The notes: generated from the letters alone by a model not told the origin. A stretch of DNA of 63,705 nt, filler included, from Phoronis australis (GCA_002633005.1; 5 parts of 5 records of this genome joined end to end with filler, not necessarily neighbours in it), one strand, 5' to 3'; positions 1 through 16,151 are shown, counted from the first letter of the whole stretch. Translations and numbers: made by a program.

Positions 1-316
1 CTCCCTCCGATCTCCTCATTTGCATGCCCATAACACCATTTAACCACAGGTGCTCGAATTTCTCGATGGCTAATAACCATATATAAGAAACATATGTTTT
101 CTTAGTAATGAATGACGTTAGTGGTGATGGAGGAACAGATAAACTCAAGCGCCTGCGCAGTCAACCACAAGAACAAAAAAAAATATGTGTGGTTGCATTT
201 CAAACTTATAAAAAATTACAGGTGGTAGGCTGAAGAAATAAATGAAAAATATGGGTGGTGGGTGCGAAAAAAAGGTGCCTTCCCCCCCTCCCATACAGAT
301 TTTACTGGAACAGCCC
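1..316. mobile_element. PIF/Harbinger-type MITE, right-hand part (cut by window start)
   Basis: Near-identical to 10486-10785; ends with the TIR ...catacagatttttactggaacagccc followed by tta. Confidence 0.8.
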
Positions 317-503
317 TTAGGACAAGTGTTGCCTAAAATTATTCTTGTTATGTCATCATTTGTTCACCAGTTTAAGATGTAAGCTCGGCTAATCATTGCC
401 AAATGGCATGCTAGGTATGGTCAGGTGTCTAAATTTGATTCGCTGTTTCTGTTAGCACGCCCATTAGGCGGAGGCTTGAGAGGTGGTCTGTGTCAATAGT
501 TAG

Positions 504-797
<294 letters not shown>

Positions 798-1382
798 TAA
801 TAACCATTAGGGCGGCAAAATTCTTGTTAGAGAATGGCTCAGCCACATTGCTAACTGGCCTGTTAATTCCCCTGCATTCTCGGTCATCAGGGGAGACTAC
901 TCTGACATTGAATTTGGTTTCTGCCCAGTCGTCACGATGGGTAATTCCGGGTCTTTTTGTCTGAATACTATTGGCTTGTACTGTAATTGGTAATATCCGT
1001 GTCTGCAATTCTGTGGCGGTTGTTTTGGAGAGACTGCATTGTTCTTTGGTTATTACTTAGCTGTGTACAACACAATCCTTGAGGTCTCACTTTTCATCTG
1101 GAGTAAAAATAATGTTACTAATTTACAATAAAAAATTCAAAGCGACTTTAAACCCGTGCTTTCTGTCAAAAAAAACAAGTTTTGATAAATAGGCGACTTT
1201 TTATTCATTGTAAAAATGGCCGTGTGTAATTCCTTAAAGTTTGCAAGTTTGACTTGGGAGAACTGACAGTTCATTATTTCTAGTGAGCCAGGTCAAAGTT
1301 CAGGTTACACTGTGGGAAGTATGGACTTCACACTTTTGTCCATACAATGTTCTTGTGGTAACAATTTCCCTTTTCTTTTCAG

Positions 1383-1446
1383 ATTGAATGTTCTGGCATT
1401 GTTGACCATGCTCAAAAGATTGTGAAGGATAATCACTTTGATGATG
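1383..1446 (+). CDS. PRMT1: PRMT1 exon (IECSGIVDHAQKIVKDNHFDD)
   Basis: Not in the ORF track. Polypyrimidine tract plus ag at 1381-1382, gtaag donor at 1447; phase 0-1; continues the post-I motif VIGIEC. Confidence 0.93.
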
Positions 1447-2205
1447 GTAAGAATAGTTCTCCTGAGGTGTTGAGTCATTCAGGGTGTAGTGTAGTTGTAA
1501 TTGACCAATCGCCAGCTCCAACCTCTTGCAAATTGTTGAAAAACAAACAATAAGTTTTACCTGGCAAGGTGTTGTTTGTCGGGTAAAATGTCGGCTTGGA
1601 AACGAAGGTGTGTCAAGAATTCTGCATTCTGATTAGTCAGTTAGGCCGTCACTCAAAATCCTGGCGATAGGTTAATTGTAGAAACGACTCGTAGTTATGA
1701 CAGAAGAAGTTTCACAAGAACTCTGTTTTCACACCATGTGACACGACTTTCTGTTGGTATTAGGAGAAGATTTTTGATTTGTTGGTTCTTAACCATGTGA
1801 ATATGCCATGCCATATTTGGTTTCGCTAGCTCATATTATAGGCCTACAGTCTTCTTGTAAGTTTTGCTTTGTTATGTATGAAGTTTATGTTTTTTCCTCT
1901 TAGTGAGAAATACTTTGTCGTGGTAGATTTAAAGTGCCGCTTGCTAACTATCCACGGTTTGCTAGTCCAGTGAATGCAAACAATTCGAGTTAAACTTACA
2001 GCTCATGGTATAAATATACTAAATAGTCATTGTTTAGATTTTTTAATTACACAACGGAATTGTGCATCACTGGCTGGCACTAACAGGAATTGGACAGTGT
2101 GGGTTAAAATCTTGGTTGAGTGTACACGGTATCCAATCTTAGCTAAGACGGTCGTAATACGCTCAGTTTATTAATGTGACTTTTGTAAGCGCTTGTTAAG
2201 TTTGA

Positions 2206-2523
<318 letters not shown>

Positions 2524-3511
2524 TAATTCTGTTACCACTAACATTTTTGGAGAACATGACAGTTTCTCTTATTGCGGCAAAGCAACCAGCAGGTTGACTC
2601 TTTAGTAAGTTTGCTAGACAACCGCATGGCAATCGTTTTAGGAAACTGGCTAATTTGCAAACCGTTTGAATATTATTTTTGATTTCAAATAACATTGCGT
2701 ATTTGAAGTATTTTGATTTTTCTTCGAGTTTTTGTTACTATCGTGTTAAATATTAGTGTGTGACATCACAATTTGCATTTTTGTTTGCGAACAAAAGAAT
2801 TACTGAAAGTTTTCAGCTGATCTGAAAAGATGTTTTATTTTTGAGGCAAGAAACGACATCAAAAAAGAAATTTCTAGTCTTGATTCCCATCTACTATACT
2901 CATTTCATTTCCCCTACAACATAACATTATTATTATTATTATCTAGTGAAATGCAGTGAGGCAATTGGAGCCTATAAATTAACATGCTTTTGAGGTCAAG
3001 TTGCGCGTTTTATGTGACGCTAAAATATCTCAAAAACTAAATCGTTAATCCTTATTTTTTCTTGTTTCGTAAAAATACAAGGGGCATCAGAAAAACAGCA
3101 TTAACTTTATCACAACGCCTATTAAAACAACTAATGTGTTACCCATAATGCCTTGGTTCAGCCAGAGACTTTATCAATGGCATGTCCAACGCAGCTTCTC
3201 ATTGGTGCATCGCAAATACTAAAATGTTGCAGAATGTAAATTTTTGATTGGTTTATTTCTGGTATATTGAGTGTGTTCGAAAATATAGTTGTAACTTAGC
3301 AATGCCTTTTTCATGTTGAAAGTGAAAGGAAGCGAAATGGTGAATGAAGAATTGGTGAAATACGCATTTATTGTTGAAGCGAGTGTAGAAAAGGAGAGGT
3401 GTTCCTGTAACATATTCAATGGCTGCGTGATGTCATGTCTTAGCATTGACATTTGCAGCATCACTCTGGTCACGTGAGGGCGCTGTGAATGAACTTAAGA
3501 TAACTATTTAA

Positions 3512-3838
<327 letters not shown>

Positions 3839-3973
3839 GACAATATGAACTTGATGGAAACTATGGAACTAAAATGGGTGGATTTTATTTATTTAATTTT
3901 ATTTCTTACACAATTTATCAAAATTGGGTGCACAGTGACTGTCCATACCCTCATTTTGCATCATATCTTTTAG

Positions 3974-4107
3974 CTTTATTTTCGGGTGGTCATTATACAC
4001 GCTGTGTTAAATCGTCAGCATGGGAATGGATAAATTTTGACGACTCTACAGTCACAAGTACATCCAAGCCTCCCCTTGATGCCTACATTGCAATATATGA
4101 ATTATAA
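3974..4107 (+). pseudogene. Isolated terminal exon of a ubiquitin-specific protease (peptidase C19) His-box region
   Basis: GGHYTRCVK...WINFDDSTV...AYIAIYE* fits the USP pattern GHY...W..FDD..V...AY.L.Y; preceded by a tcttttag acceptor. No Cys-box exon seen. Confidence 0.65.
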
Positions 4108-4757
4108 ACCAACAAAGGAAATCAACATAAAAAATATGGCGCAATTTCAACATCAACGTCGCATATCACATCTGACGCAGCCAAGTCAAGTTATTTTTTT
4201 TTGAAATTCATCCTGGTACGGGAATTGGGGATAGTTAGGCCTATAAAAGATCTTTAACCCAGCCGCAGAGCGTCTAAAGCCGCGCACCGTACCAGTGACT
4301 GCTGGCAACTCATCGGAGACTCAACTTTAACATCCTTCGCCGCAGAGATAACAACTCTTGGGCTGTCTCCGGTGAGTCCATTCTTTGTTGAATGATGTTT
4401 AGATAAATAATGGCACAAATACTCTGTCAGTAAATGTTCCTAGTTTCCAAATAATGTGTGGAATGAGCTGCACCCGGAAAACCAGCACGAGGTCTCACAA
4501 ACCTCTTTCGAATTCCTGGTTATGCATTGACAAAGACTTTCCTTACAAGGCACAAGAGTCTTGCGCGTAAAGTTAGTGATCACTTGCTTTGCTTGTCATC
4601 CGAGACGATATATTTGCCGAATGTTGCGTTCTCCCAAGTATACTGCGTCTGTGGAACAGGCACCAGGTTAACATTACTACGCGATGAGAAGTGGGACAAA
4701 GGTCAAGCTTGTTTTTCTCACAAAAGGCCAATTTGGTGGTGAGGACTCAAAATTTGA

Positions 4758-5033
<276 letters not shown>

Positions 5034-5471
5034 TAAAGTCGTTACAATGACTATTGGAGTTTAGTGTACTGCAGTTTGTGAGTGTTTTGTCACTCTGGCT
5101 TCTGGGTGACCCCAGGGTGGCTGGCTGCCCACTGGTGTTTATCATACATCAGCCGTCTTCTGTATGTCCAGGTTTGGCCCAGTCAACAACATAGTTGTCA
5201 GCTGTACGGGACATGTATACACTGTGAAATTTAGATCTACCAGGTGATGAATGTTTTTAGGAAGTGGACACATGAATTGAAATAAGATGATACAACATTG
5301 ATTTCTCACAATCCACCCCAGCCTAGTATAGTGTAAAACCATTGACTAAATATTTTAGCAAGCTGTAAATTTAAAGAGTTTATCACACCCACAGTTCCAT
5401 TGCACCTTAGTGTAACTGAAAATCGTTCACTGATTATATGTGGGAGGGTGGCATCTTCTCTGTGAAGTTAG

Positions 5472-5729
<258 letters not shown>

Positions 5730-5777
5730 TAACTGTTTGTCGTCAAAAAGTTGCTGAGATTAAAATGTTGCATCAAG

Positions 5778-5920
5778 ATCATGGTCCATACTTGAATGGC
5801 TACCATATATTCAGTTACTGTTGTCATCAATTTTCAGTGCTCAGTTTAGTATCATGGTCCATACTTGTATGGCTACCATATATTCAGTTACTGTTGTCAT
5901 CAATTTTCAGTGCTCAGTTT
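5778..5920. repeat. Tandem duplication, 73-bp period, ~2 copies
   Basis: atcatggtccatacttg...tgctcagttta starts at both 5778 and 5851. Confidence 0.9.
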
Positions 5921-7510
5921 ATTCTTGGCAGTTCTCAGTTGTCCAGCCATGAACACAATGGATTCACTACCCTATGTTCTTGGATTCAATGTTCTTTTTT
6001 GACAATTGGTTTCAATATTTTTACAGAATTTCTTCTTTATTTTATGACTAGATGCCTTTTCTTCATTATGCTAATAGTCCAACCAAAAGTTTGTATTCTG
6101 TTATGATTAATTTGGCAGCTGTAACAATTTCTTTTCAGATGAATTTTCATGATTTCTAGGTGTGCTTGCTCTCAGGAGTCAGTAAACAGTGATTTGAATA
6201 TGGGCGTGTTTCAGCTGGTGTTCATGTTTCCCATGTGATGTTTAAATAAATAGAATGGTGTCATTAGCAAGTAGAAGTCTTCTATCTTTCAGTGTTCTCC
6301 ACACCATACTTTAGCTCATTGCAGTGATGACTTTTGACTTTGCTGTGTCTAGTGTGGCTCACCAAGTTTCAAATATGATACGAGCTTTAAGTCACGGGAA
6401 ATCAATCATTTGTTAGACTAACGAGCGAATTTTGATTGTTTACCACCAGTCCAGTTTATGGGTTCCTGAGCTTTAGGTAGAAACTCCCCACAGTATGAAC
6501 AGGGATTTTTGAACATTCTGTGATTGCCATCGAATTAGAATCTTCTGTGGTGGAGAATACTATGTTTACACCTTACAGTAGTTCATTTATTAATTTGTGC
6601 AGCATTTTTAAAATTTATTTTTCTACCTAGACCTGTTCTAAGCAAATTATTTAACAATGTTTTGTGGATATTCAAGGTTCGTTCATAGTAAATGAATTGT
6701 TGAAGGTAAGGGATGAAAAGCATATCAAAACATGAGAAACAAAAATATTATTGGAGTGTATTAATTGCGGCCGTAATGCTGGATGTTGGCTGCACAAGCT
6801 TGAAATTTTTATTCACAGTGCCCTCAATGCCTTGGTGTTGGGGCCAAATATCAGTTCCATTCCCCAGTGAAAAATCGCACGCAATTATCCTCTTCATGCC
6901 CAAAAATTTGATTCCAATGATTAAAAAAATCCCCCAACTTTAGAATCTTTTCTATTTCGCACTGTCCCACGAATTGGTGGAAAACACGGATGGGTATTTT
7001 CATGTCATCAGACAAAATCCCCTCCGAAGACACAGGAACTTTTTCCTTCAGTTGAGCGAGGGCCCTGATTCCTTAATCTCCATGTTCATAGGCTGATAAA
7101 AAAATGACTGTGCTTCCAGAAACCAGGTTTTTTTTCTTCTGGTCATTGTTGTGTGACCTGACCGTTGTTATCCACTTGTACAATACTGCAAATGATTCTC
7201 AGAATATGAATTGTGTTTTTGAGATTTCCAGAAGTCAGATGAAATGTATTCGTGCCAGAAGTATACATTTAAGTCAGTGATTGTGTTTAAAGTTAAGATT
7301 ATTTAAGACCTTATTGACAAGTCTTTGTGTAATGCCTAGCATCTACAAAACTATAGGTTTTAAATCTTTAAAAGTAACATGTTTTCTGAAAGTTGAAAAC
7401 TTGTGCAATTCGATTTTTTGAGGTATGATTTTAAGTTAGCCAAATTTAGTCATTTTTCTAGGGACCTGCTTGAACTTAAACTTTAAGTTTCATGTATACC
7501 CGCCTTTCAG

Positions 7511-7632
7511 GACCCCACGGTCCATACACCCACTGGAAACAGACGGTGCTGTACTTAGATGGCTATCTCACGGTGAAATGCAACGAGGAGATAAACGGCA
7601 TGTTCTCCATGAAACCCAACCCCAAAAACTAT
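7511..7632 (+). CDS. PRMT1: PRMT1 THW-loop exon, copy A ([41 protein letters not shown])
   Basis: 122 bp; ctttcag acceptor, gtgagt donor; phase 1-0; YTHWKQT motif. Confidence 0.92.
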
Positions 7633-8273
7633 GTGAGTTCCCACTACCCCCACTCATTGTCCTGTCCATGTAGCGTGTGGTCACTTAATAGTGGGAATGA
7701 CTGGTGTATGCATGTGACTTTGTCGTTTCGCTCTATGTTGTATCTGCAGGTAGTTGGTGTTTCTGTAACTTAGTGTGTCTGCTTCGCCAACTGGAACCGT
7801 CACTGTTGCACTGTCATACTGGCCATCCCACTCACGTGCCTAATTTTCCTAGTGGTAATATTAGTCCTTCGTCGCTTCCTAAATGACGGGCAATCTTTTT
7901 ATCGGAGTATCCTTGACGACCGGACCTTCTCTTCCTCTTGTACCCTCTTTAACTGTTCTTNNNNNNNNNNNNNNNNNNCCCCCCCCCCTCCCCGACTTCC
8001 CTAACAATGTTCCAGGAAAACGGGGCCCATATTGGCAGCCCATAGGTAACTGCCAACAGTGAGAGAATGCTTCCAAATTCTAAGCTTCATCTGTCTCACC
8101 TTTCCTCCTTAGTTCTCTCTGCTGCTCCTCTTTCTTCATCTGTGTCTTCTTAGTACAAGGACAAAGTGCAGTGTTTTATGGTGTACAGCTCCATCCATTG
8201 TGCGAGTTCTTTGCCTCCTCTTCCTACTCATCGACTCTCCCTTTGATGAGAACAGCTTGTTTCAGGACAGTAG

Positions 8274-8546
<273 letters not shown>

Positions 8547-9203
8547 TGAAGTGTTTCAGTCCACGTTTGTAGTGTGTTCTGTTCAAAGATACTTGTTGGT
8601 GCTTGTGTGTGATTGTCTCCATTTTAAAACATGCCTTTCATACACTACATATGTACAAATGGAACTTCCATGTACATTCTCTGCGGAAAGTTTGTCGCAG
8701 CAGAATTTATGTATTATTTTTAATCTCTTCACTGTCTGACATCCTCTTGACAGCTAACTTCTTGTTGGCTGATGTATGACTTATATCCCAGTGTCTTTCT
8801 GCGCTAGCACAACTTTGTGAAGATTGAGTGTGCTACTGGTTACACAAAACTGTTTAAAACATTCTGCTGTGCCCTAGACATTTTGTGTTTGTGTAGTTTC
8901 TTGTCATGTTGAACATTTGGGAATCAGATGGGAAACTTGAATTTCAATTGGTTCAGAATACACGTCAAAAATAAAAATGTCTAAGTTTTAAGGTGACGGA
9001 GCAGTCCTGACAATAAATTCCATTTTGTGGAAATACCAAGTTTAATAGTCTTAGGCCAGAAGGACAATTAAACCTGATTACTTGCATTTCAAGAAAAGTT
9101 CAGATTTGTAACTTTTATCACTGCCAACCAGAAGCACAAGTTTTCTGTTGTGATTGTTCCAAGAGTTAATGTGATTGTGCTAACACATATTGCTTTGACG
9201 ATG

Positions 9204-9452
9204 AAGGGCTTGGAATTTTCCCCTTTTAAGAGGCTTTCTTCTTTGGTTTCAATTTCCTCTTATTTGGTGTCCAGTTTCTTCTTTTTCCGTCTCTTTTTTA
9301 ACCTTATTTTGACTTTTTTCATGCAAAAACGCCCATTTCATTTAAATTCCACAACACTAAAATATTTCTATCACACAAGCCTATTTACTTGTGGAATGAT
9401 ACATCACCTGGGAAATTTTCCTAATTTTTTTCATTGGTCATTCCAAGCCCTG
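9204..9452. mobile_element. MITE with CAGGGCTTGGAA-type TIRs (6-bp-TSD family)
   Basis: aagggcttggaa...ttccaagccctg; decayed TSD acgatg/gcaatg; relatives at ~10150-10937 and 37972-38219. Confidence 0.7.
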
Positions 9453-10234
9453 GCAATGTTCATCAGTAAAGCAATACTTGAGGATCTTGACAGCATCAAA
9501 CTGCACATATTTGTAGCACTTGTGTGCATGCTAACGGTANTAAAAGTGCTATTTTTGGGCAGAAATGTTAATTGGTGGAGTGCTCCCTGTATAATGTTCA
9601 GTGACGGAGACCACGTAATGCCGATTGCTAGCACTAGCGGAGCTAGGATGACGTAAGGGGGCTACCACACTTCGGGAAAAAGTTGACTGTGACGGTAGAC
9701 CTAAAGAAAGCTTGTCCGACGGTTTTTCTGTTTGTGGTGGGCCGAGACACGAACGGTGATGAGTCCAGTCTTCTGATGGTACACATTTTTGCTACATAAT
9801 CTGTATACGTTGAACATCGTACCGGCTATGCACCTCAGTGTTTCGTAACCATCTGATTGCGCCTCCACTAGTACCCAACGCCACCTGGACTGTCGTGTTG
9901 TTCGGTCATCGTGAGTGTGGGTGTAGCTGACTGTTGGAACCGTCTGCATGAAATTCATCTCGTTTCTGCTGAAGTTTGACTGAAGCAGTTCAAGTCATTA
10001 ATATAGTTTTATTATTAGAGTACCTGCTTTCATAGCTCCCGTTTCGTTCATAGTTTCAAATTTTCACGGATGTCGCGTTTTAAAAGCTGTTGATGACTAG
10101 CGAATCTAGCATGTTGGGAGATAGAGCGACTAACTTTCAAAGGACCACGGCTGTTTTAGAAGGATTTCCTCTTATGATATCGATTTCCTCGTATTTGATT
10201 TCCACTTTCCTCTTTTTTCGTCTTCTTTTTATCA

Positions 10235-10785
10235 GGGCTGTTCCAGCAAAATCTGTGTGGGAGGGGGGAAGGCAACTGAAATAAAAATTTATGGGTGGTT
10301 GCGTTTGATTTAATTCAAAATGGCTGGTGGTCGTACTTCATAAAAATAAAAATTTAAAGGTCGTTGTTGTTTCATTGGGCCATAAATGTTTGGTGGTGGG
10401 TAATTTTAGTAAATTTTATAAACAATCCGCACAGAATCAAAAACTGAAACAAAAACGCAACTTTCAAAAAGCTCCGACTTTTTAACTCCCTCCGATCTCC
10501 TCATCGGCATGCCCATAACACCATTTAACCACAGGTGCTCGAATTTCTCGATGGCTAATAAGAAACATGTTTTCTTAGTAATGAATGACGTTAGTGGTGA
10601 TGGAGGAACAGATGAACTCAGCGCCTGTGCAGTCAACCACAAGAGCAAAAAAAATTACGGGTGGTTGCATTTCAAACTTATAAAAATTACGGGTGGTAGG
10701 CTGAAGAAATAAATGAAAAATATGAGTGGTGGGTGCGAAAAAAGGTGCCTTCCCCCCTCCCATACAGATTTTACTGGAACAGCCC
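10235..10785. mobile_element. PIF/Harbinger-type MITE, full length, nested in an older MITE
   Basis: ~40-bp TIRs gggctgttccagcaaaatctgtgtgggagggggg / cccccctcccatacagattttactggaacagccc; 3-bp TSD tca; the flanks join to rebuild a copy of the 9204-9452 family. Confidence 0.85.
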
Positions 10786-11344
10786 TCAATGTTTTACGTT
10801 TTGTTCTTGCAAAAACTTAATTTCAGTTAAATTTTACTACACAAAAATATTTCTTTCACACAACCCTATTTATCTGTAGAACGATACATCACCTGGAAAG
10901 TTTACCTCTTTTTTGTCATTGATCATTCCAATCCCTGAAGGACTAATCTGGGTGACAGCCGGTGCGTTTCTTGTCACTCCTAAGCCTATATACATATATT
11001 TTTCGGTCCCTAACTTCGGAGACGTTGCAACATTCAATTATGCGTTATGGAGGCTTGTTCTCATATTACTTTATCACTAGAGGAGGGACGGGTTTAGAAA
11101 GAAGACAATTGATGGCGGGAAGGGGGTTTAGTCTCCTAGAAGGGGGTTTAGACTCATGGTGACGTCATCGTGTGGTTTATCACAGTGCATACAGAGTCGT
11201 TGGTAGGTTCACCTTCAAGCGGAATTGACTTAATTCCAAAACCTGGACCTGCCGTTTTACAATTCCAAGATTTGATATTACTTCCACTACTACTACAGTT
11301 ACCTTAAAATTACGTACACTGACAAAGGACAACCCCACTACATC

Positions 11345-11878
11345 ACTGCCTATCACTGACAATCATCACAGTGACGAAAAAGTCGAAAAGTCTGGTCGAA
11401 AAAGTAGAAACCCACCACCAGGGGACGCCACATTTGTCATATCCGTTCGAAAATCAACGTCTGTCTGGAACACACAAGTTGACAACTGAACTGCTTAGTT
11501 TGAAGTGATCATTTGAGCAATTTGGCAGATAAAGAGGAGAACGCCAAAAACGCCGAAATAATAAAAATGGTCACTAGGTGACGCAGAATATGTCGAATCC
11601 ACCCGCCCATCAAAAGGAGTTGTTGTTACTGCCAATTTTCACTAAAATTCATTCGTGAACTAGATAACAGAGCCAAACGTAAAAAAATAATTTTAGGGAA
11701 GAGAGCGATAGTCGGATCGGCCCGAAATTCGTCTGTCAGCTGCTTCATAGGAACACTGCCAAATCTCATTAAGATCTTGCAACTGTATGTACGAGATACA
11801 GCAGCGAACACAGGGGCCCGGACAGAGGATGACGGCCATAGGCCTATGCACCCACACAAATATGTGGGCGCACAAAAA
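11345..11878 (-). mobile_element. DINE-1/HINE-like (Helentron-associated) element, partial
   Basis: Reverse copy of the 5' end of 34708-36697 (tgtgggcgcacaaaaa) and of its internal repeat (cactaggtgacgc). Confidence 0.65.
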
Positions 11879-14800
11879 GGCCGCTGTTATTAAAATACTT
11901 TGTTTTTCCCGCTCTCAGTATCCTCACAAAAAGCGTGCTATATTCCATTGCTGAATACAGCAGCGGAACTGCTAACTTATACCGGCGATTACAAAGAGCC
12001 ATGATTAATTTGCCATTAGAATTACAAAGACAGAATTCTCCAACGAACTGTCGGTTCTTTCAACAAGGTGAGTTGGCTGTGGTGACGTAATTAGAAGACT
12101 GGAGGGTGGGGGGTTATCAGTATCATGATGACGGGTGATGACAAAAGTGGGAATGAGGCTAGAAAGTGGAGGCAAATTTTGAATGACGCAGATCCTCCCA
12201 AAAATGAACATTTTCCTACTTTTTCTACACAGGCTTCTTGGAGGCATTCCTACTTTTTCATACCTTTTCTCAAATCCCTACTTTTCGTCAAGATTAGTCG
12301 ATGTGTACTTGAAGTTAACTAAGAAACATCTTGTTATCAGGACTAAAATAAAATGTAATAATCAGGCTGACTGTATCAATTAGATTTTTCAGGCTGTTGG
12401 GTTGAACAATGACCGTCCTTTTTGACATCGAGAATTGTGATATTCTAAGAAAGGTTGCTGGAAATAAAGGTGTCAAAGCGAGCCATGTGTTCATCTGTCT
12501 GTCACTAATAAAAGAGGATTTGGATAAATTTTGTTTGATAAAAGAATATTCTCCATTTCATGAATACCTTCAGTCAAATTTTCATTAATTCAGTTCTTTT
12601 TATGTAAATTTGCATTGCAATTTCTGGGTTCATTTTTAAAAATGGGCCCTGATCCATGGTCAATTTAGGAAGACTGTAGGTTATCAATCTGCGTCTTTCG
12701 TTCGTGCCTTTGCGTTTTATTTTTTTTTTTCTTTCTTTGCATTATTAGCAAGATTTAGGTTTGGTTTCGCTTGTGTTCAACCCCCTCATAGTGGTGTATT
12801 GAGCTATATGTTTCCTTCATATCCTTTCTTATAAAATCTAACCACTGGTATTTTTGTTTCTACGCCTTCCTTGAGCAGCCTCACTCTGCTAGACTGGTCC
12901 CAAGCATGCGTGCAACCAGCTTAAAAATGGGGGGTTCGAATTTTTGAGAATGTGGATTTTTATCTAAGATTCACGGGGTACATTCAGCTTCCCGAGCCCC
13001 CCTGGGTGCGCGCACATGCTAAGGTAATGGTGAAGTAACGTTTAAGTTACGATGCAAGAAAAAGGGTCTAATTAAATTACAAAGCACTAAGTCATTTAAA
13101 ATATTTTGTAGACATTTTTGCCAACCTTCAAAAATAGGCAGGTTTTCACAATACCCCGGTTTACGACGAGGGGTACTAGACAACAACATGGACATCTCAT
13201 CTTAAAAACAAATCCAACAAAGCCTTTGCTATTCATAATTACCTTTAAGAATACAATATTTACCTGAAAACTAGTAATAGTACCTCCGCTGCATGGGTAA
13301 ATGTCGCGTACCAGTCGTCTGTTTCAAAATTTACTGTAGTCGGCAACAGGCCAATAGAATTTGTTGTAGAACTTCAGTTATCCAGCTAGGATTGGAATAG
13401 CTGCCCCAGTCTGCTGTCATCACATTCATACCAATTCACGCGAATGCTTGATAAAAAGAGGCCTTTATAATGTATTTTGCTGCCTATTTTGAAATCTGGT
13501 GTTAATTACAGACCCATACTGTGTAATAACCGGTGTTTTATTAGACGTCGTCGGGACACCACTGCATTTCGTACAATAATTCCTTAATTTTTAACATAAT
13601 TTGCAGTAAACGTTTATAATAGTTTACCTAGGCGTACCTTAATTTTTTTATTTTACCCGTCGTTTTTGTTGTCCTTTTTCTATTTGATTTTTTTCTTCAT
13701 CGGCATCTTTCAAGCGCATTGTTTCGTCTGCTATTTCTGTTTAACGCAAACTGCAATCACCTGTCTCCAGAGTTTGAATGTTCATTTTCACAGTATGTTT
13801 GACTGACCTATCCCTTACATTGAGTTTGTTGTTTTGGCTATTTTGATCAGATGTTTTGCCTATGGGTACATAGTTATTCCTGCGGCAAGACAACATAAAT
13901 GCGCCAGTTGACCCGAACTGAGCAAACATAGTGCGTCAATGATATATTTGCGTCAGTGACGGAGAGCGCGGCCCTCAAAATAATCCTGCAGTTTTTTGGC
14001 ATAATTCAATGGAAGTTTGTGCACGTTACAGTTTTGCAAATTCAACTTGTAAATAAGCAGTGGTCGCTCTAGCTGTTCTTACTGTTTTCCTAGTTTTTTT
14101 AATATTTCCTACTTTTTTCTATTTTTTGTGAATTGCGAGTCCTACTTTTTCTTACTTTTTTGTGAAAAGCTGCTGGGAGGCCTGTGCAATTTGTGAACGT
14201 TTGCTTATATACCTGTATACAACTTACGAATCATTACTAACAATTTCGTTTTGACCAAGGTTTACAACTATCCATCCAGATGCTTTAAGAGGGTGACGTC
14301 ATGGTCTGGGCCCGTTACCTCCGTAAATTTTTATCCAGTGCGCTGTGTTGAAGTCCTTCCGCAGTTGTAAGAAGAATATAACATGTGGTTGAATGAGAAA
14401 AAAGTAAGGTTTACAACAAATATACGGGTTTGTAAAGAAGTACTGTCTCAGGTACCCATTTTTTCAATTGTACGGGTATTGCGTTAAAAATAGAATTTTG
14501 CCGTCGCTGGTTGGCGATATCTGTTTTCCATGGCCAGCGTTATAGCAGCCATCGGCATCAACTCCGACGTGTGAGCTGGAATGTAATAAATAATCTTTTA
14601 ATTTAATGGGACTGTTGAACAAAGGATATTTACAATGCAAAATTGTTGCAAATCATGGTTAATTAAATTCCTTGAAGCATATGACCGGGGCAAACTGATT
14701 ATTTACGTATTCTTTACAAAGTTACTTTTTGTCGTTTCCAATTACTGCTAAAACACAATGCAAGCCAGCCGTTGGTGATTTAACTTGAGCAATTTCATCG

Positions 14801-15639
14801 AATACGTGTCGACACGTCTAATGTTTCAATGTCAATTCAAATTTTCTTACCGACTAAGCCCGAAAGCTGATATTTTCAATAGCGCGCAATATCAGATAAT
14901 GCAGACATATTGTCACTGCGGGCTCAGTTTGTAAAACATGAGCGAATAGTCCTTGCGAATCTACCTGACAAAGCAAAAGCAAATATTATTATAGTGAATG
15001 ACCGTAATGGTGAACGACGAAGTTGCTTGGTTCGAGAGCAATAATATTTGTCGTGGCATAGGGACGCGTCCATTAACAAATCTAAGGGGTAGGATGGGAT
15101 AATTTTCATTTAAGTGTTTAAGTATTACTACATGAAAATATTATTTGTGACTACACTGAATAGCAGGAATAAATCAGTATGTTTCATCCGTGAGTTAATT
15201 TTCATTACCTTTGCTCTGAAAGAACTCCCAGTGCCAACACAGATAGTGCTGTGGCCCCTGTATGACAAAGAATGAAATGTTCTCACAGAAGCGTTCTCTT
15301 GACGAAACCTCAGAAGTCGAACTGATCACTATTTGAGTGGGACGCTTGATAGTCCTAATTAAGTATCGATTAGGTGAATTGGCAAATAATATTTGGAAAT
15401 CCCGGCTGATAATTGTTGATAACATTTAATCACGGAAACTGGGCCGTGGGATTGTGGAAGAGCACGATCTAAGTTGTTGGAGTTTGATTAATCCGATATG
15501 TTCAATCGATATGATAGACAAGATTAGGATCTCAGAATTAGAGATGCCGTGTCGGTGACATTGGATTAAGAAAGTAAAGAGCTGCCACCGGACTGAAGGA
15601 GGAATAAGACAGAAAGTCTCCGCTAACGTCACCGAGCTG

Positions 15640-16151
15640 ATGATGGGGACTCGCAAAGAAATGATGGAACGCTACCGGGCGATTGATACAGCACGAAATA
15701 TTCTGACAAGTAAGGTGGGCAAAGTCGTCATGGAAACCAACAGATTTCCTGACAGACAACTTGATGTCAATTATAGTACTATCGACAGGGAAGCAAGAAA
15801 GATTCAACAGAACATGGATAAGAAAATGAAACAGTTTAAGCATAATACTCTACTGTATACCTTCGAACCAACGATAATTGTTGAACGCCCACCTTCCCCC
15901 AGTAACGTGTTCGGTATTACAGCGGACAGTGACGTTCCAGGCTACATGAAACCGCTAGCTAGCCGGACTAAGACACCCTCTAATATATCCACGATAGACG
16001 CCTTCACTGTGAAACCGAAAAAGAAAGTTAATCTGTGGGAGGAGGGGTACACGAAAGAGGACTCTGTTCGATTCAGAAGCCTCCTAGGGGGCTCTCCGCA
16101 GCTGACTCAAGAAGAACAAGGAGATTTACACAAGGGGTGGATAATGCTCAG
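15640..16151 (+). CDS. Uncharacterised protein, coding exon 1
   Basis: 171-codon ORF ending at an AG|gtaaac donor (phase 2), which splices in frame to 18213. Confidence 0.7.

Noticed and set aside
7788-7838. Possible third, decayed THW exon copy (aactggaaccgtcactgttgcactg...ctcacgtg)
   Set aside because: Only scattered short matches; no splice sites or frame; compatible with chance.
9150-9656. 168-aa ORF containing EDLD and ending RMT*, superficially like the PRMT1 C-terminus
   Set aside because: Mostly MITE sequence, spans an N, has no suitable acceptor, and similarity is limited to 3 residues.
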